A stretch of DNA of 41,071 nucleotides from a virus (lineage: Duplodnaviria > Caudoviricetes). The stretch spans positions 1-41,071 of the IMG/VR virus record IMGVR_UViG_3300010376_000067; one strand, given 5' to 3'. A program made the translations under genes and the position numbers. The notes below the pieces were generated by a model. That model had not been told where the DNA came from. It saw nothing but the letters and a program-made list of their open reading frames with translations, and ran no database searches. This document shows positions 26,473-35,483 of the stretch, piece by piece. How positions within the stretch are numbered: position 1 is the stretch's first letter; each line of letters opens with the position of its first letter.

Positions 26473-27808
26473 TTACGGTACTTTCACAGAAACGCAGCCT
26501 CAATTTGGCACCTTCACTGAGGCGGAAAAAAATCCTGATATGACTAGGCAGGATTCGCATAGCTACGCTGTCGCAAGAGCGACCCAGCAGGTTAGGGATT
26601 TGGCTGCGATGGCTCCGACCGCCCAGCCTACCGTCGAGAAGATGCAGGACCTCTACGATAAAGCGTACTCGGATGCGGAAGCTTTCAAGAAGAGCCAGGT
26701 CGAAGCGACCCTCGCGCAGCAACGCACACAACAACAAAAAATCTGGGAATTGACTCCTCAAGGCCCAGGCGGTCTTAGTCCGACTCAGGTTGAAGCGGCT
26801 CAACGTGCGCAGATCGCCGAACAGCAAGAACAATGGAAAGAAGGACCGAGTGCAGTAAGGGCGGCATTATCCCAACCAGGCGGATTAGCAGGAGGCAAAA
26901 TCGCAGCGGAGCCGAAAGAAGCTGGGGATAAAATAAGTGCGATAGCGGTGGATTTCGACGGACTCAATCGACTCGCTCAATTGCATGACCAGATGACTGC
27001 AAACGCGCCTTTGGAGACGGGCGGTATTTTAAAATCGTGGCTGGGCCATAGCAGGGAGGCTGCGATCAATACCAGTTCTGATGCCAGAAATTATTTTCAG
27101 TTAGCGGACCTTCTGACGCCTACGTTCGGCAAAGGTATTCAGGGCGATCTGCCCGCCGCGACGACCAAGGCGAACATCATCGAGATGATGGATAAAAACG
27201 TCATCCCTAATGAAATCGATAATGCGCCTAGCGCCCATAATAAGTTTTTCAACCTCTACAACCAGGCTTATGACGTTCTTTCAAAGACTCGGGATCAAAT
27301 GAAGGTTGCGGGCCAGGATACGAGTCGCATTAATGACCTTCTGGTCGATGGCGGAAATTGGCTGAAAGCACATTCAGGCTGGGATCCGGTCAGAAGTCAG
27401 CCTCTCGTCCAACCTGGAACCTCGCCTCAGAATAATCAAATTGTCAATGCGCAGGTCAACGCGGCGATCGGTGCGCAACAGAATGCACAACAAGCTCAGG
27501 CAGCTCTGCCTCCCAGTCCGCGTCCCAATGCTCAAGTATCGCTGGCACCGCCTGGCTATGGTGCGCCTCCAACCCCTCCTCAGACTGTTTATCCCCAGAT
27601 CTCCAATGACCCTGGAACGCCTGGAGCACCAGCAGGAGTGCAGTGGTTGGTCAATGCTGGTAGACAGGCAGGGCCAGAGATAGCTCGAGGGGCAAATGAA
27701 ATAGGGCAATTCCTGCAATTCCTCTCTCCAAAACAAGGTGGTCCTTTAGCTGCGGGAGCTCTGCCGCCAGATATGTCTGCGCCTAATCCGCTAATGTGGG
27801 GTCGATAA
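26465..27808 (+). CDS. putative ejection/internal virion protein
   Basis: Helical Q/A-rich protein; likely ATG at 26465 overlapping the upstream gene. Confidence 0.62.
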   Translation: MADYGTFTETQPQFGTFTEAEKNPDMTRQDSHSYAVARATQQVRDLAAMAPTAQPTVEKMQDLYDKAYSDAEAFKKSQVEATLAQQRTQQQKIWELTPQGPGGLSPTQVEAAQRAQIAEQQEQWKEGPSAVRAALSQPGGLAGGKIAAEPKEAGDKISAIAVDFDGLNRLAQLHDQMTANAPLETGGILKSWLGHSREAAINTSSDARNYFQLADLLTPTFGKGIQGDLPAATTKANIIEMMDKNVIPNEIDNAPSAHNKFFNLYNQAYDVLSKTRDQMKVAGQDTSRINDLLVDGGNWLKAHSGWDPVRSQPLVQPGTSPQNNQIVNAQVNAAIGAQQNAQQAQAALPPSPRPNAQVSLAPPGYGAPPTPPQTVYPQISNDPGTPGAPAGVQWLVNAGRQAGPEIARGANEIGQFLQFLSPKQGGPLAAGALPPDMSAPNPLMWGR

Positions 27809-27811
27809 AAA

Positions 27812-28546
27812 ATGGCCGACGAACTCTCAATCGATCCCGGTCTGATACTTGGCTCACCTGGCGCCGCACCGCGGGCGGAACCGGTAACGATTCAGGACTT
27901 GAGCCAATATCTTAGCAATGCCGGCAGGACTTCCGCCGTTACAACTGGTCCCGCGACACTGGATATCAACACTCCGATATTCAGTAACCTTGCTCAATCG
28001 CGATCTGGCTTTGCGAAAGAACTGCAAAACCCTGAAAATCGTCGCCTGTTAATCGCAAGTATCAGAGCGGAAGTAGGCGACCAGGGAGATGAAGCAAGGC
28101 TGGGGTACACCGAGAGCGTGATGAATCGAGCATTGGCCTCGAATCGTAACCTCCAGAACACGATTATTGACCCATACGATTCACGCACCGGCAAAGGCTA
28201 CTATCCGCCGAGTACGATGAACCAGTTAAACAGGTCGGTGAGCGATAAAGAGTATGCCCAATACAATCCGATTATCGATAAGGCATTAGGCGGATCGAAT
28301 CTCTCAAATCTCGCCACCGGAAACGAATCCGGTCACCTGCATTCGATGCCGGTTACGTATGACCCTGGCAGCGGCGAACGTTTCGTCGATGAAAAGCCGT
28401 ACAGCGATTGGCGCGTCCGGCAGCAGCAAGCTTTATCCAATCCACCTCCGCAGCAGTCGGCGCAGCAGATTCAGCCGATCCAGCAGGTTATTCAGAATGA
28501 TGTTTCTCCGACGATGGATTTAAGCAGGTATCTCTCGCATGGCTGA
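27812..28546 (+). CDS. virion-associated SleB/Hydrolase_2-like cell-wall hydrolase
   Basis: LLIASIRAEVGDQGDEARLGYTESVMNRA matches the SleB-type AE...V.NR signature. Confidence 0.7.
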   Translation: MADELSIDPGLILGSPGAAPRAEPVTIQDLSQYLSNAGRTSAVTTGPATLDINTPIFSNLAQSRSGFAKELQNPENRRLLIASIRAEVGDQGDEARLGYTESVMNRALASNRNLQNTIIDPYDSRTGKGYYPPSTMNQLNRSVSDKEYAQYNPIIDKALGGSNLSNLATGNESGHLHSMPVTYDPGSGERFVDEKPYSDWRVRQQQALSNPPPQQSAQQIQPIQQVIQNDVSPTMDLSRYLSHG

Positions 28547-31500
28547 CACTCTGCCAATCGTTCCAGGTTTCTCCGACATTCCGCAGTCCGCGGCACCGGC
28601 TACTGCCGACACGGTCGCGGCCCCCACTGAGTCGCAACCGCGGGATGTCAGCAACGATCCCGTCTATATCGTCCACGCCCAGCATTACGGTTTTGAGGGT
28701 GACAAGGGCGAAGATCTCCATTCCAAGAACGGAGTCGGCGACTGGAATAATCCGCTTACAAGCGGTTCTTCGATCGCCCTGAGTCCGGACATGGTCGATC
28801 GGTTTGGCGCGAAGCCAGGCGAGCAATTCATCTTTACTGGGCGCGATGGTGTGCAGCGTCCGTTCACTTTCGGCGCGACCACTAACGACAATTTGCGCGG
28901 CACAATCGACGTTTACGATAAGGACGGGCAGACGGGCGAGCTGGGGCAAGGCACGATTTCGCGCCCCGGCGCCAACGGTCCTCGCATCCCGGCGTTACAG
29001 ACCAGCAACACCGAAATTCAAAAACTCCCCCTCTCCTTTGGTTTGCGTGTCGCAACGCCCGACGATGTCGCCAATGTCGATCAGTACATTCAGACCGGCG
29101 GCGATCCGAACGCGTTGCCGCTTAATGACCGGCTAGCTGTCGCGATAGCTAAGAATCCGAACTTCTTTAAAGAAAATCCGGAAGCGTATTATCAATTGAT
29201 CGCCAAACCGTTGATGGCGCAACCATGGCAGAAGAACTTCAACGACATGATGAACGGTCTTTGGCCTGGATTGCTCAGAGCCGGTGGCGATGTCGTTCAG
29301 GGAGTTGGAAACCAACTCAACCTGCTCAAAGACGGCGCCGAGATGGCGGTTCGGAAAGCCACGGATAACACGCACGATCCAGGGTTTCAGACGCTCCAAT
29401 CTAGAACGGCAAGCGAAATGGCAACCAGTGTACAAGGCACCGGAGATGCCTTGAGCCAGGCGTCGAGCATGCTAACGGGCCTCTACAACGGCCTAATCCA
29501 AACCCCTCGACCGTTATTCGAAATGGCGGCCCAGGATCCCCAGAGCAGAGAGGAACTGGACAGGCAGTTTGCGCAAAGTACACTCGACACGGCAAGCCTT
29601 CAGCAGGGACTCGCAACGGCTGGTAGCCATCTGCGTCAATGGGTTGGTCAGGCTTATCAAGCAGTCGGTCAGAGCGAATTCGGCAAAGAGTTGCAGACCG
29701 CTCCCGTGAATCAGTCGGCCGCCGCAGGCATTGCCACTGTTCTTAATCCGATCAATTACGCTGGCGAACTAGCGGGCGCGGCAGCAACCGGTGCGCTTAA
29801 ACCCATGTTCTTTGAGAAAGGGATGCAGGCGATGGAGGACGTTGCCGGCGCATCCGCTCTCAAGGGCGGCCTGGATGCTACGCAGATGCTGCCTAAGACG
29901 CCGGAAGCGAGTGCGGCTAATGCCGGCTACGTCGAGACTCGCAACGTGATGTCGCAACTGGCGCCCGCGCAAAGAGCGGCCACTGAAGATCTCGCGCAGA
30001 AGACTGCGAACCTTAACGCCCAGATAACTAATCTGAACAAGATTGCAGGCGATCCCGGTACGGCCGCCTCAATGGCAAACACTGTGCTCCAGGCAACCGG
30101 GAACGTGGCGCAGGCTGCTGGCAAACTTCCGGAACTGGGTGAAGCAGTCAAAGACAAACTGACCAACATTGTTTCACTAGGCATTCCCGGTGTAAAAAAG
30201 ATCGCCTCCTCAGTAATCGATAAGGTTGTCGATTACGGAGTGTTTGAGCATTTCGGACCTGTCGGAACCGCGATCTCGACGACCCTGGAGCATTTACCGG
30301 AAATTGGCGATGCCGTCAGTTCTCTCTCTAAAGTGATGGGGAAAGAATTAATGGTCGGCGAAGCCACGATTCCTTATTGGACTCGCGTGGCGCAAGGCAG
30401 TCAGTACATGCCCAAATGGTTAGCTGCCACCCTTGACCATCCGCTTATGCAGACCGCGACCGCAGCGGCCGGCGGAACAGCGGCCGGCGCAGCAACCGGC
30501 GCGGTGCTTGGCGGTCTCCAGGGCGAAGGAACCTCTCCTGGTGGTGGCTGGCAAGGCGCAGCCGGCGGCCTCGTCCAGGGCGGTATATTCGGGATGGCCG
30601 GTGGCGGATTCGGGCAATGGCAGAAATTTTCTGATCCCGCCCAGTATTTTCTCCAGGCCCGCGGCGATTGGAAACGTTACCGGGACACGCTCAATACGAA
30701 CAAAGTTATTCCGATGCCGGAGCCGATCGGTGAACCACCCAGACCGGCCGGCGCGCCACCGCTATTAGGCAGTGAGCGCGACAATTTCGATCGTCTCTCC
30801 GCGTCGAACCAGCTTCTTCTCGCGCAGAACGCTTCGCATTTTCCAGGCTTGCGAGTCGATTATGTCAACGATCCTCAAGGCGCCAACGGATTCCATTATT
30901 TCGATAATGCCGGCCGTAGTCATATCCAGATAAACCTCGCAAATCCAGATTCAGTCGTTCGCGGTGTCATGGCGCATGAACTTATTCACGGAGCCACGCA
31001 TAACGGGATCTTGCCGGATCTCTACGATAGTCTCTTGGGCAATCCGACGACGGGCGCTACAGGTCAATACACCGCTCTTGGGCCTGACGAAAAACCTCTT
31101 GGGATCAATCAAGCCACCGATCGCTATTACACCAATCAGACGTTCAACAATCTGGCAGCCGAGTACAAAAACAAGATGCAGCAGAATGGGCTGCCGACCT
31201 CGCACCTGACTGACTTCGACATCGCCAAGGAGCTCTACGCTGAAGGTGGCGTGGATTACATGCTTTCGGGTGCGCCAATATTGGATTCCAATAGTGCGTT
31301 TCGACCTCTCATGGCGAACAAAGCAGCGATTAAAACCGCTCTCGCCAAGATGGGCTATACCGTCGATGAAAGCGGCAAGCTGCTCTCAGCTCCAGGCGGA
31401 AGAGTATCCGGTACAGGTTTGTTCACCGATCTCCAGCGTAATCCGATTTATAACCAACTCGCTCAGAGCTATTTCAAAACCACTCAACGCGAAGGTCAAA

Positions 31501-33464
31501 TTGATTCAGAGGAAGCTGTCACGCACCGGTTCACTCGAGGTGACATGCAGAATCCGAATGTCGCCAATACCTGGCTGACTAACGCGGCTGAAATTGTGCG
31601 TAATCCGGACGGGACCGTACAACGCAACCCTCTGACGGGTGAACCGATCTATCGCACGGCCAAAGAAGTTAAGGAGTACAATGCCAACTTCGCAAACGCC
31701 GTCCAGAGCGGTTTGGAAGCATTACCGGAATCGCAGCGGATGGAACTTGGGATGCGGACCACCACTGACGAACAAGGAAAACAGAACACCTTTGTCCGCT
31801 ATCTACCGGATAACATTCTGGATTCATTGGCTGGCACCAACCAATACAATCCGCATCAAATCGCTTCGCTGCGCCTGCTATCTCGCGTCCTCGCAGATAA
31901 AGGACAGCCAGGCATGGAGATGCGCCTGTTTTATCACAAGGCATTAGGCGCCGGCAAAAAATACGGCCAATTCGAAGGCACTGAGAAAACCGCTGTTCCT
32001 TATGGTTTGGAAATCAGCAAGGATAACAATGTCAACATCAAGTCAATCGATTTCAATCAGCTTACCCAGAACTATCAGCGCATGGCGAAGCGCGACCCGT
32101 TTCGCGGTCTCTGGGCTAGCCCAAGTGAGTTTACCCAGGACGCGCATACCTACTTCACTAATCATGCCAACGGGCGCCCTGGCGCCGATGCGATCGGCGT
32201 AGACAAACGCAACGCCATTAACGCCCTGAGTAACCTCGATGTGGTAGGGCAACGAGACGCTAATCCACTGGTCGATCGAATGCCGGCGAGCGTGCGGCCG
32301 ATTGTTAAATCTTACCGGATCGACCGCGCAAACCAGATCTCGGCAACCGGCGCCATCCGCCCATTCATCTCGGAGGATCAGTACTACCAGATGAAGCGCA
32401 ACTACATGCCGGGCGCGGAGCAGGTCAGTTATGCGCCTCGAGGGACGCCGACCGCACCGGAAGCTCCTCCAGACAAGACCGCGATCCCGGTCAGCTATCG
32501 GACAACCAGCAGTGGCAAACAGGTGCCAGTAGAAATTCCATATGATATTGCGAATGCACCACTGGTGGCTAACAAACAGCCGACCGGCCTCTCCAAGGAT
32601 TCGCCAAACGATTTCTCGCACGTTGATTTCATGGGTAAGCTTGATCAGCAACGCCTGACTCACTTGGATAACGCCAGTGCAACGGGAGCGTTCGCCAAGA
32701 AACTCGTCGCCGAATACGCCAGGTGGAAAGATAATCCGGATGTGATGGCAGCAAAGACCTGGTACACCGATGTTCGTGGTCACCTGGAAACCGCTTTTGG
32801 CAAAGACGCGGAACTCTTTGCGCATCTGCTCGCAGCGACTTCTCCTCAGCAAGGAGTAGTAGAAAACTGGCATGACGCCCTAGAAGCTTATCGGCGGTAC
32901 AAACTCGGCGCCTACGATGGTGCCATACAAAAGTTTCAGGATACGGGCAAAATCACGGAGGACATGAAGCCCAAAAAAGAGAACGGCGCGAAGTTCGGAA
33001 TGAATTCCGATGCTGTCTTAAAAGTGCTAGCTGGTACGTGGCTAGACAGTGTCAAGGGCCCGAAAACGCCGAACTTCTTCGATAATCTTTTCGGACGCGG
33101 GACCGACGCGACAATCGATGACTGGGCTGCGCGCACGATGCGCCGGCTGGGCTACGAAAATGTCAAAGGTGCTCCGGCGCAATGGCGTATTCAGCCAGCA
33201 TCCAAGTCAGGAGTCAGCAATCTGGATTTCGCGTTCAGCCAGGAAGCGTTCCGGCGCGCAGCCGATAAGCTGGGAATGGATTCGCATGAACTTCAAGCGA
33301 TTCTTTGGTACGCCGAAAAGCATGAATGGGCGGAACGAGGTTGGGCTAAAGGAGGCGCGCAAGCCGCGAAAGCTTCCTACGTGCCAATGCTGAAGTCGCT
33401 TGCCGAAAACGTAAAAAGCGGCAGACCGCTTATGGAAGCGATTGCTGCCGCCGGGAAGCAATAA
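28539..33464 (+). CDS. large polyvalent internal virion/ejection protein (3D domain, Gly-zipper region, HExxH zincin, HhH-GPD-like C-terminus)
   Basis: SIALSPD...RGTIDVY; GAATGAVLGG...GGIFGMAGGG; VMAHELIHG...ELYAE; GPKT...TIDDWAARTMRRLG...LQAILW. Confidence 0.8.
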   Translation: MADTLPIVPGFSDIPQSAAPATADTVAAPTESQPRDVSNDPVYIVHAQHYGFEGDKGEDLHSKNGVGDWNNPLTSGSSIALSPDMVDRFGAKPGEQFIFTGRDGVQRPFTFGATTNDNLRGTIDVYDKDGQTGELGQGTISRPGANGPRIPALQTSNTEIQKLPLSFGLRVATPDDVANVDQYIQTGGDPNALPLNDRLAVAIAKNPNFFKENPEAYYQLIAKPLMAQPWQKNFNDMMNGLWPGLLRAGGDVVQGVGNQLNLLKDGAEMAVRKATDNTHDPGFQTLQSRTASEMATSVQGTGDALSQASSMLTGLYNGLIQTPRPLFEMAAQDPQSREELDRQFAQSTLDTASLQQGLATAGSHLRQWVGQAYQAVGQSEFGKELQTAPVNQSAAAGIATVLNPINYAGELAGAAATGALKPMFFEKGMQAMEDVAGASALKGGLDATQMLPKTPEASAANAGYVETRNVMSQLAPAQRAATEDLAQKTANLNAQITNLNKIAGDPGTAASMANTVLQATGNVAQAAGKLPELGEAVKDKLTNIVSLGIPGVKKIASSVIDKVVDYGVFEHFGPVGTAISTTLEHLPEIGDAVSSLSKVMGKELMVGEATIPYWTRVAQGSQYMPKWLAATLDHPLMQTATAAAGGTAAGAATGAVLGGLQGEGTSPGGGWQGAAGGLVQGGIFGMAGGGFGQWQKFSDPAQYFLQARGDWKRYRDTLNTNKVIPMPEPIGEPPRPAGAPPLLGSERDNFDRLSASNQLLLAQNASHFPGLRVDYVNDPQGANGFHYFDNAGRSHIQINLANPDSVVRGVMAHELIHGATHNGILPDLYDSLLGNPTTGATGQYTALGPDEKPLGINQATDRYYTNQTFNNLAAEYKNKMQQNGLPTSHLTDFDIAKELYAEGGVDYMLSGAPILDSNSAFRPLMANKAAIKTALAKMGYTVDESGKLLSAPGGRVSGTGLFTDLQRNPIYNQLAQSYFKTTQREGQIDSEEAVTHRFTRGDMQNPNVANTWLTNAAEIVRNPDGTVQRNPLTGEPIYRTAKEVKEYNANFANAVQSGLEALPESQRMELGMRTTTDEQGKQNTFVRYLPDNILDSLAGTNQYNPHQIASLRLLSRVLADKGQPGMEMRLFYHKALGAGKKYGQFEGTEKTAVPYGLEISKDNNVNIKSIDFNQLTQNYQRMAKRDPFRGLWASPSEFTQDAHTYFTNHANGRPGADAIGVDKRNAINALSNLDVVGQRDANPLVDRMPASVRPIVKSYRIDRANQISATGAIRPFISEDQYYQMKRNYMPGAEQVSYAPRGTPTAPEAPPDKTAIPVSYRTTSSGKQVPVEIPYDIANAPLVANKQPTGLSKDSPNDFSHVDFMGKLDQQRLTHLDNASATGAFAKKLVAEYARWKDNPDVMAAKTWYTDVRGHLETAFGKDAELFAHLLAATSPQQGVVENWHDALEAYRRYKLGAYDGAIQKFQDTGKITEDMKPKKENGAKFGMNSDAVLKVLAGTWLDSVKGPKTPNFFDNLFGRGTDATIDDWAARTMRRLGYENVKGAPAQWRIQPASKSGVSNLDFAFSQEAFRRAADKLGMDSHELQAILWYAEKHEWAERGWAKGGAQAAKASYVPMLKSLAENVKSGRPLMEAIAAAGKQ

Positions 33465-33468
33465 AAAC

Positions 33469-33621
33469 TTACTTGTTGCCTCGTTCGAACTCTTCGAGTT
33501 CCTGTGGCCCTTCGCCTTCTTTGTATTCCGGTCGCGCCATTTCAGTCATAAACTCCATGGCGTCATCGCCGAGTTTAGCGCGGAGTTCCTCGTAAGTTGG
33601 GACTTTTTCGGGTACTGGCAT
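33469..33621 (-). CDS. 50-aa acidic protein
   Basis: MPVPEKVPTYEELRAKLGDDAMEFMTEMARPEYKEGEGPQELEEFERGNK; ATG 5 nt after the upstream stop; convergent on the large gene. Confidence 0.6.
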   Translation of the reverse strand: MPVPEKVPTYEELRAKLGDDAMEFMTEMARPEYKEGEGPQELEEFERGNK

Positions 33622-33626
33622 AAATT

Positions 33627-33806
33627 TTATTTGTGAATGTTGACGATCAGGAAATAAACCATTGCCAGCGTACCAAAGAAATAGGTCACCTGCAGTCCGA
33701 TAAACCATCGAAGCGCGATGATTTCGCGTTCAACGATGAACTGCTTCAGGTCGCGTTCAAGATTGGCGAGATCTCCCTTGGTCGCTGGCAGATTGATGTC
33801 TGACAT
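33627..33806 (-). CDS. DUF1640/CCDC90-like coiled-coil membrane-anchored protein (not in the ORF track)
   Basis: Hand translation MSDINLPATKGDLANLERDLKQFIVEREIIALRWFIGLQVTYFFGTLAMVYFLIVNIHK. Confidence 0.78.
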   Translation of the reverse strand: MSDINLPATKGDLANLERDLKQFIVEREIIALRWFIGLQVTYFFGTLAMVYFLIVNIHK

Positions 33807-33808
33807 CT

Positions 33809-33991
33809 TTAATGACGAGGATAAAACTCAAAAAACAATCCCCAAAGAAGCAATCCCAAAGTGATGATTTGCATACCGATCATCCAACGCAACTGTTCAG
33901 CCAACGCTTTGTGAAATTCCGCACGCAGATTGGCTAAGTCTTCCTTGGTCGCCAAATGGCGAAGTTCAGCCTCGATTTCTTCGTTGGTCAT
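33809..33991 (-). CDS. DUF1640/CCDC90-like coiled-coil membrane-anchored protein
   Basis: LATKEDLANLRAE...LRWMIGMQ plus TM helix. Confidence 0.8.
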   Translation of the reverse strand: MTNEEIEAELRHLATKEDLANLRAEFHKALAEQLRWMIGMQIITLGLLLWGLFFEFYPRH

Positions 33992-34511
33992 TCATTACAT
34001 TCTGACGGGCTTGAGCTTCCAATATTGTAAGATGCGAGTAACACCGAAAGATTAAGAAGGCGAGCAATGGGATACCAAGAATCGGAGATCCAATCGCTAA
34101 AGCAGTCGCGAAAAATAAGAGTGCGACACCTCCCACTACGGCTAACGGTGTCGCGACTACGGTGAATAGATCGACGCTAAACTCCCTTGATGGGACAGGT
34201 TTCTTGTAATTTTCCCGCGACCACCCTTCCCACGCATATTTTTGATGTTGTGATCGCGGAGCGGATTCTTTCGGTTTCGCCGGTTTCGCCGGTTTCGGCG
34301 CTGGTGGCGGTGATGGCGTAGATGCCGGTTTCCGCGGAGTCGTATGGGTTCCTTTAGATCTATCTAAAAAATCGTATCCGCTGATTCCGCGTTTACGAAG
34401 CGACGCTATCAGAGCTTGAGCAGCTTTATCAGCTTCAGCCGCTGCACTTGCTTTGTCCAGAGCACGCAGCAAAAGATTCTGCTCTCGTTCAGTCAAGGTC
34501 ATCGATCCCAT
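33966..34511 (-). CDS. membrane protein with DUF2786-like N-terminal helix pair, Pro-rich linker and two TM helices
   Basis: LLLRALDKASAAAEADKAAQALIASLRKRGI; PAKPAKP linker; hydrophobic hairpin. Confidence 0.65.
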   Translation of the reverse strand: MGSMTLTEREQNLLLRALDKASAAAEADKAAQALIASLRKRGISGYDFLDRSKGTHTTPRKPASTPSPPPAPKPAKPAKPKESAPRSQHQKYAWEGWSRENYKKPVPSREFSVDLFTVVATPLAVVGGVALLFFATALAIGSPILGIPLLAFLIFRCYSHLTILEAQARQNVMNDQRRNRG

Positions 34512-34570
34512 ATTGATTTAAGTATACGGTTATTCAAAGCCTTTCTAAAGTAAAATCTGCACTCGCCTCG

Positions 34571-34587
34571 AGAGGCATTTTGTGGCA
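34571..34587 (-). promoter_or_regulatory. TGCCACA-pair motif, copy 2
   Basis: AGAGGCATTTTGTGGCA; 14 bp identical to 38271-38284. Confidence 0.55.
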
Positions 34588-34602
34588 CGATTCTGTTCCA
34601 AG

Positions 34603-35124
34603 ATGCCAACCTTGGAGTTGCCTAATCTGGCCGCTTATCGGTTCCAATCGCAGAATACGCCGCCACCGATCGCCAGAGCATTTACTGGCGTACCGATGGG
34701 GCCCCCAGCGCAGGCGCAAACCCAGACCACCTGTTCGCCGGGATGCGTTCCGCCAGGCTTGAATCTGTGCGTCGAACAAGGCGCCACGCTCAATAGCCAG
34801 ATCAAACTGATTGTTACCGATATTAACGGCGTCAGCCAACCCCTCGATATTACCGGAGCCGAGTTCGCCTTTACGGCCAAGACCGATATCAATCTGCCCG
34901 ACACGGATCCGACCGTCATCGAGGTTGACTGGACTGAGACCAGTACGCCAAAGGCCGGCACCACCTGGTTGACGGTTCCCTCGACCGTAACCAGTACCAT
35001 GAAGGCGATCCCGTACTTTTATCAGGTCAGGATGATCCAGTCGCCCACGTCGCCTACGCCGATTGTTACGCCGCTTTTCAGTGGCACGCTCACTGTCATC
35101 CAACCGGTTTCGCCGCGAGACTAA
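34603..35124 (+). CDS. BppU-like fibre adaptor / beta-sandwich tail protein
   Basis: NLCVEQGAT...PLDITGAEFAFTAK...YFYQVRM...TPLFSGTLTV pattern; ATG at 34603. Confidence 0.72.
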   Translation: MPTLELPNLAAYRFQSQNTPPPIARAFTGVPMGPPAQAQTQTTCSPGCVPPGLNLCVEQGATLNSQIKLIVTDINGVSQPLDITGAEFAFTAKTDINLPDTDPTVIEVDWTETSTPKAGTTWLTVPSTVTSTMKAIPYFYQVRMIQSPTSPTPIVTPLFSGTLTVIQPVSPRD

Positions 35125-35444
35125 TGAGCAAGGTCCAATGGTGGCTCAATCGCCGATGGGGACTAGGAATTACTGATCCCTTTCCGCCAAGTCTGACTTC
35201 GCTTGCACCCAATACCGTCGCGCACGGGAGCGGCAATCTGGCGGTCACAATCAACGGCAAATATTTTCTGCCTGGCGCGAAACTCAAATTCGGCGCGTCC
35301 AATTATACGCCGGCATACGTGAGTCCGACTCAGCTAACGGTGACGATACTGGCCGCGGACTTAACTACGGCCGGCAGTAAACAAGTGACCGTCACCGATC
35401 AAAACAACCGCTCCAGCAACGCCCTCACCTTTACGATCACTTAG
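35124..35444 (+). CDS. IPT/TIG Ig-like domain protein
   Basis: PSLTSLAPNT..LAVTINGKYF..YVSPTQLTVTI..SNALTFTIT. Confidence 0.85.
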   Translation: MSKVQWWLNRRWGLGITDPFPPSLTSLAPNTVAHGSGNLAVTINGKYFLPGAKLKFGASNYTPAYVSPTQLTVTILAADLTTAGSKQVTVTDQNNRSSNALTFTIT

Positions 35445-35483
35445 GCGTTGGGCTGGTTTTCGGTTCCTGTGCTCATAAGCTCC

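Noticed and set aside
34268-34300. CGGTTTCGC tandem repeat
   Set aside because: Encodes the PAKPAKP linker; in-frame 9-bp unit with no sign of phase variation
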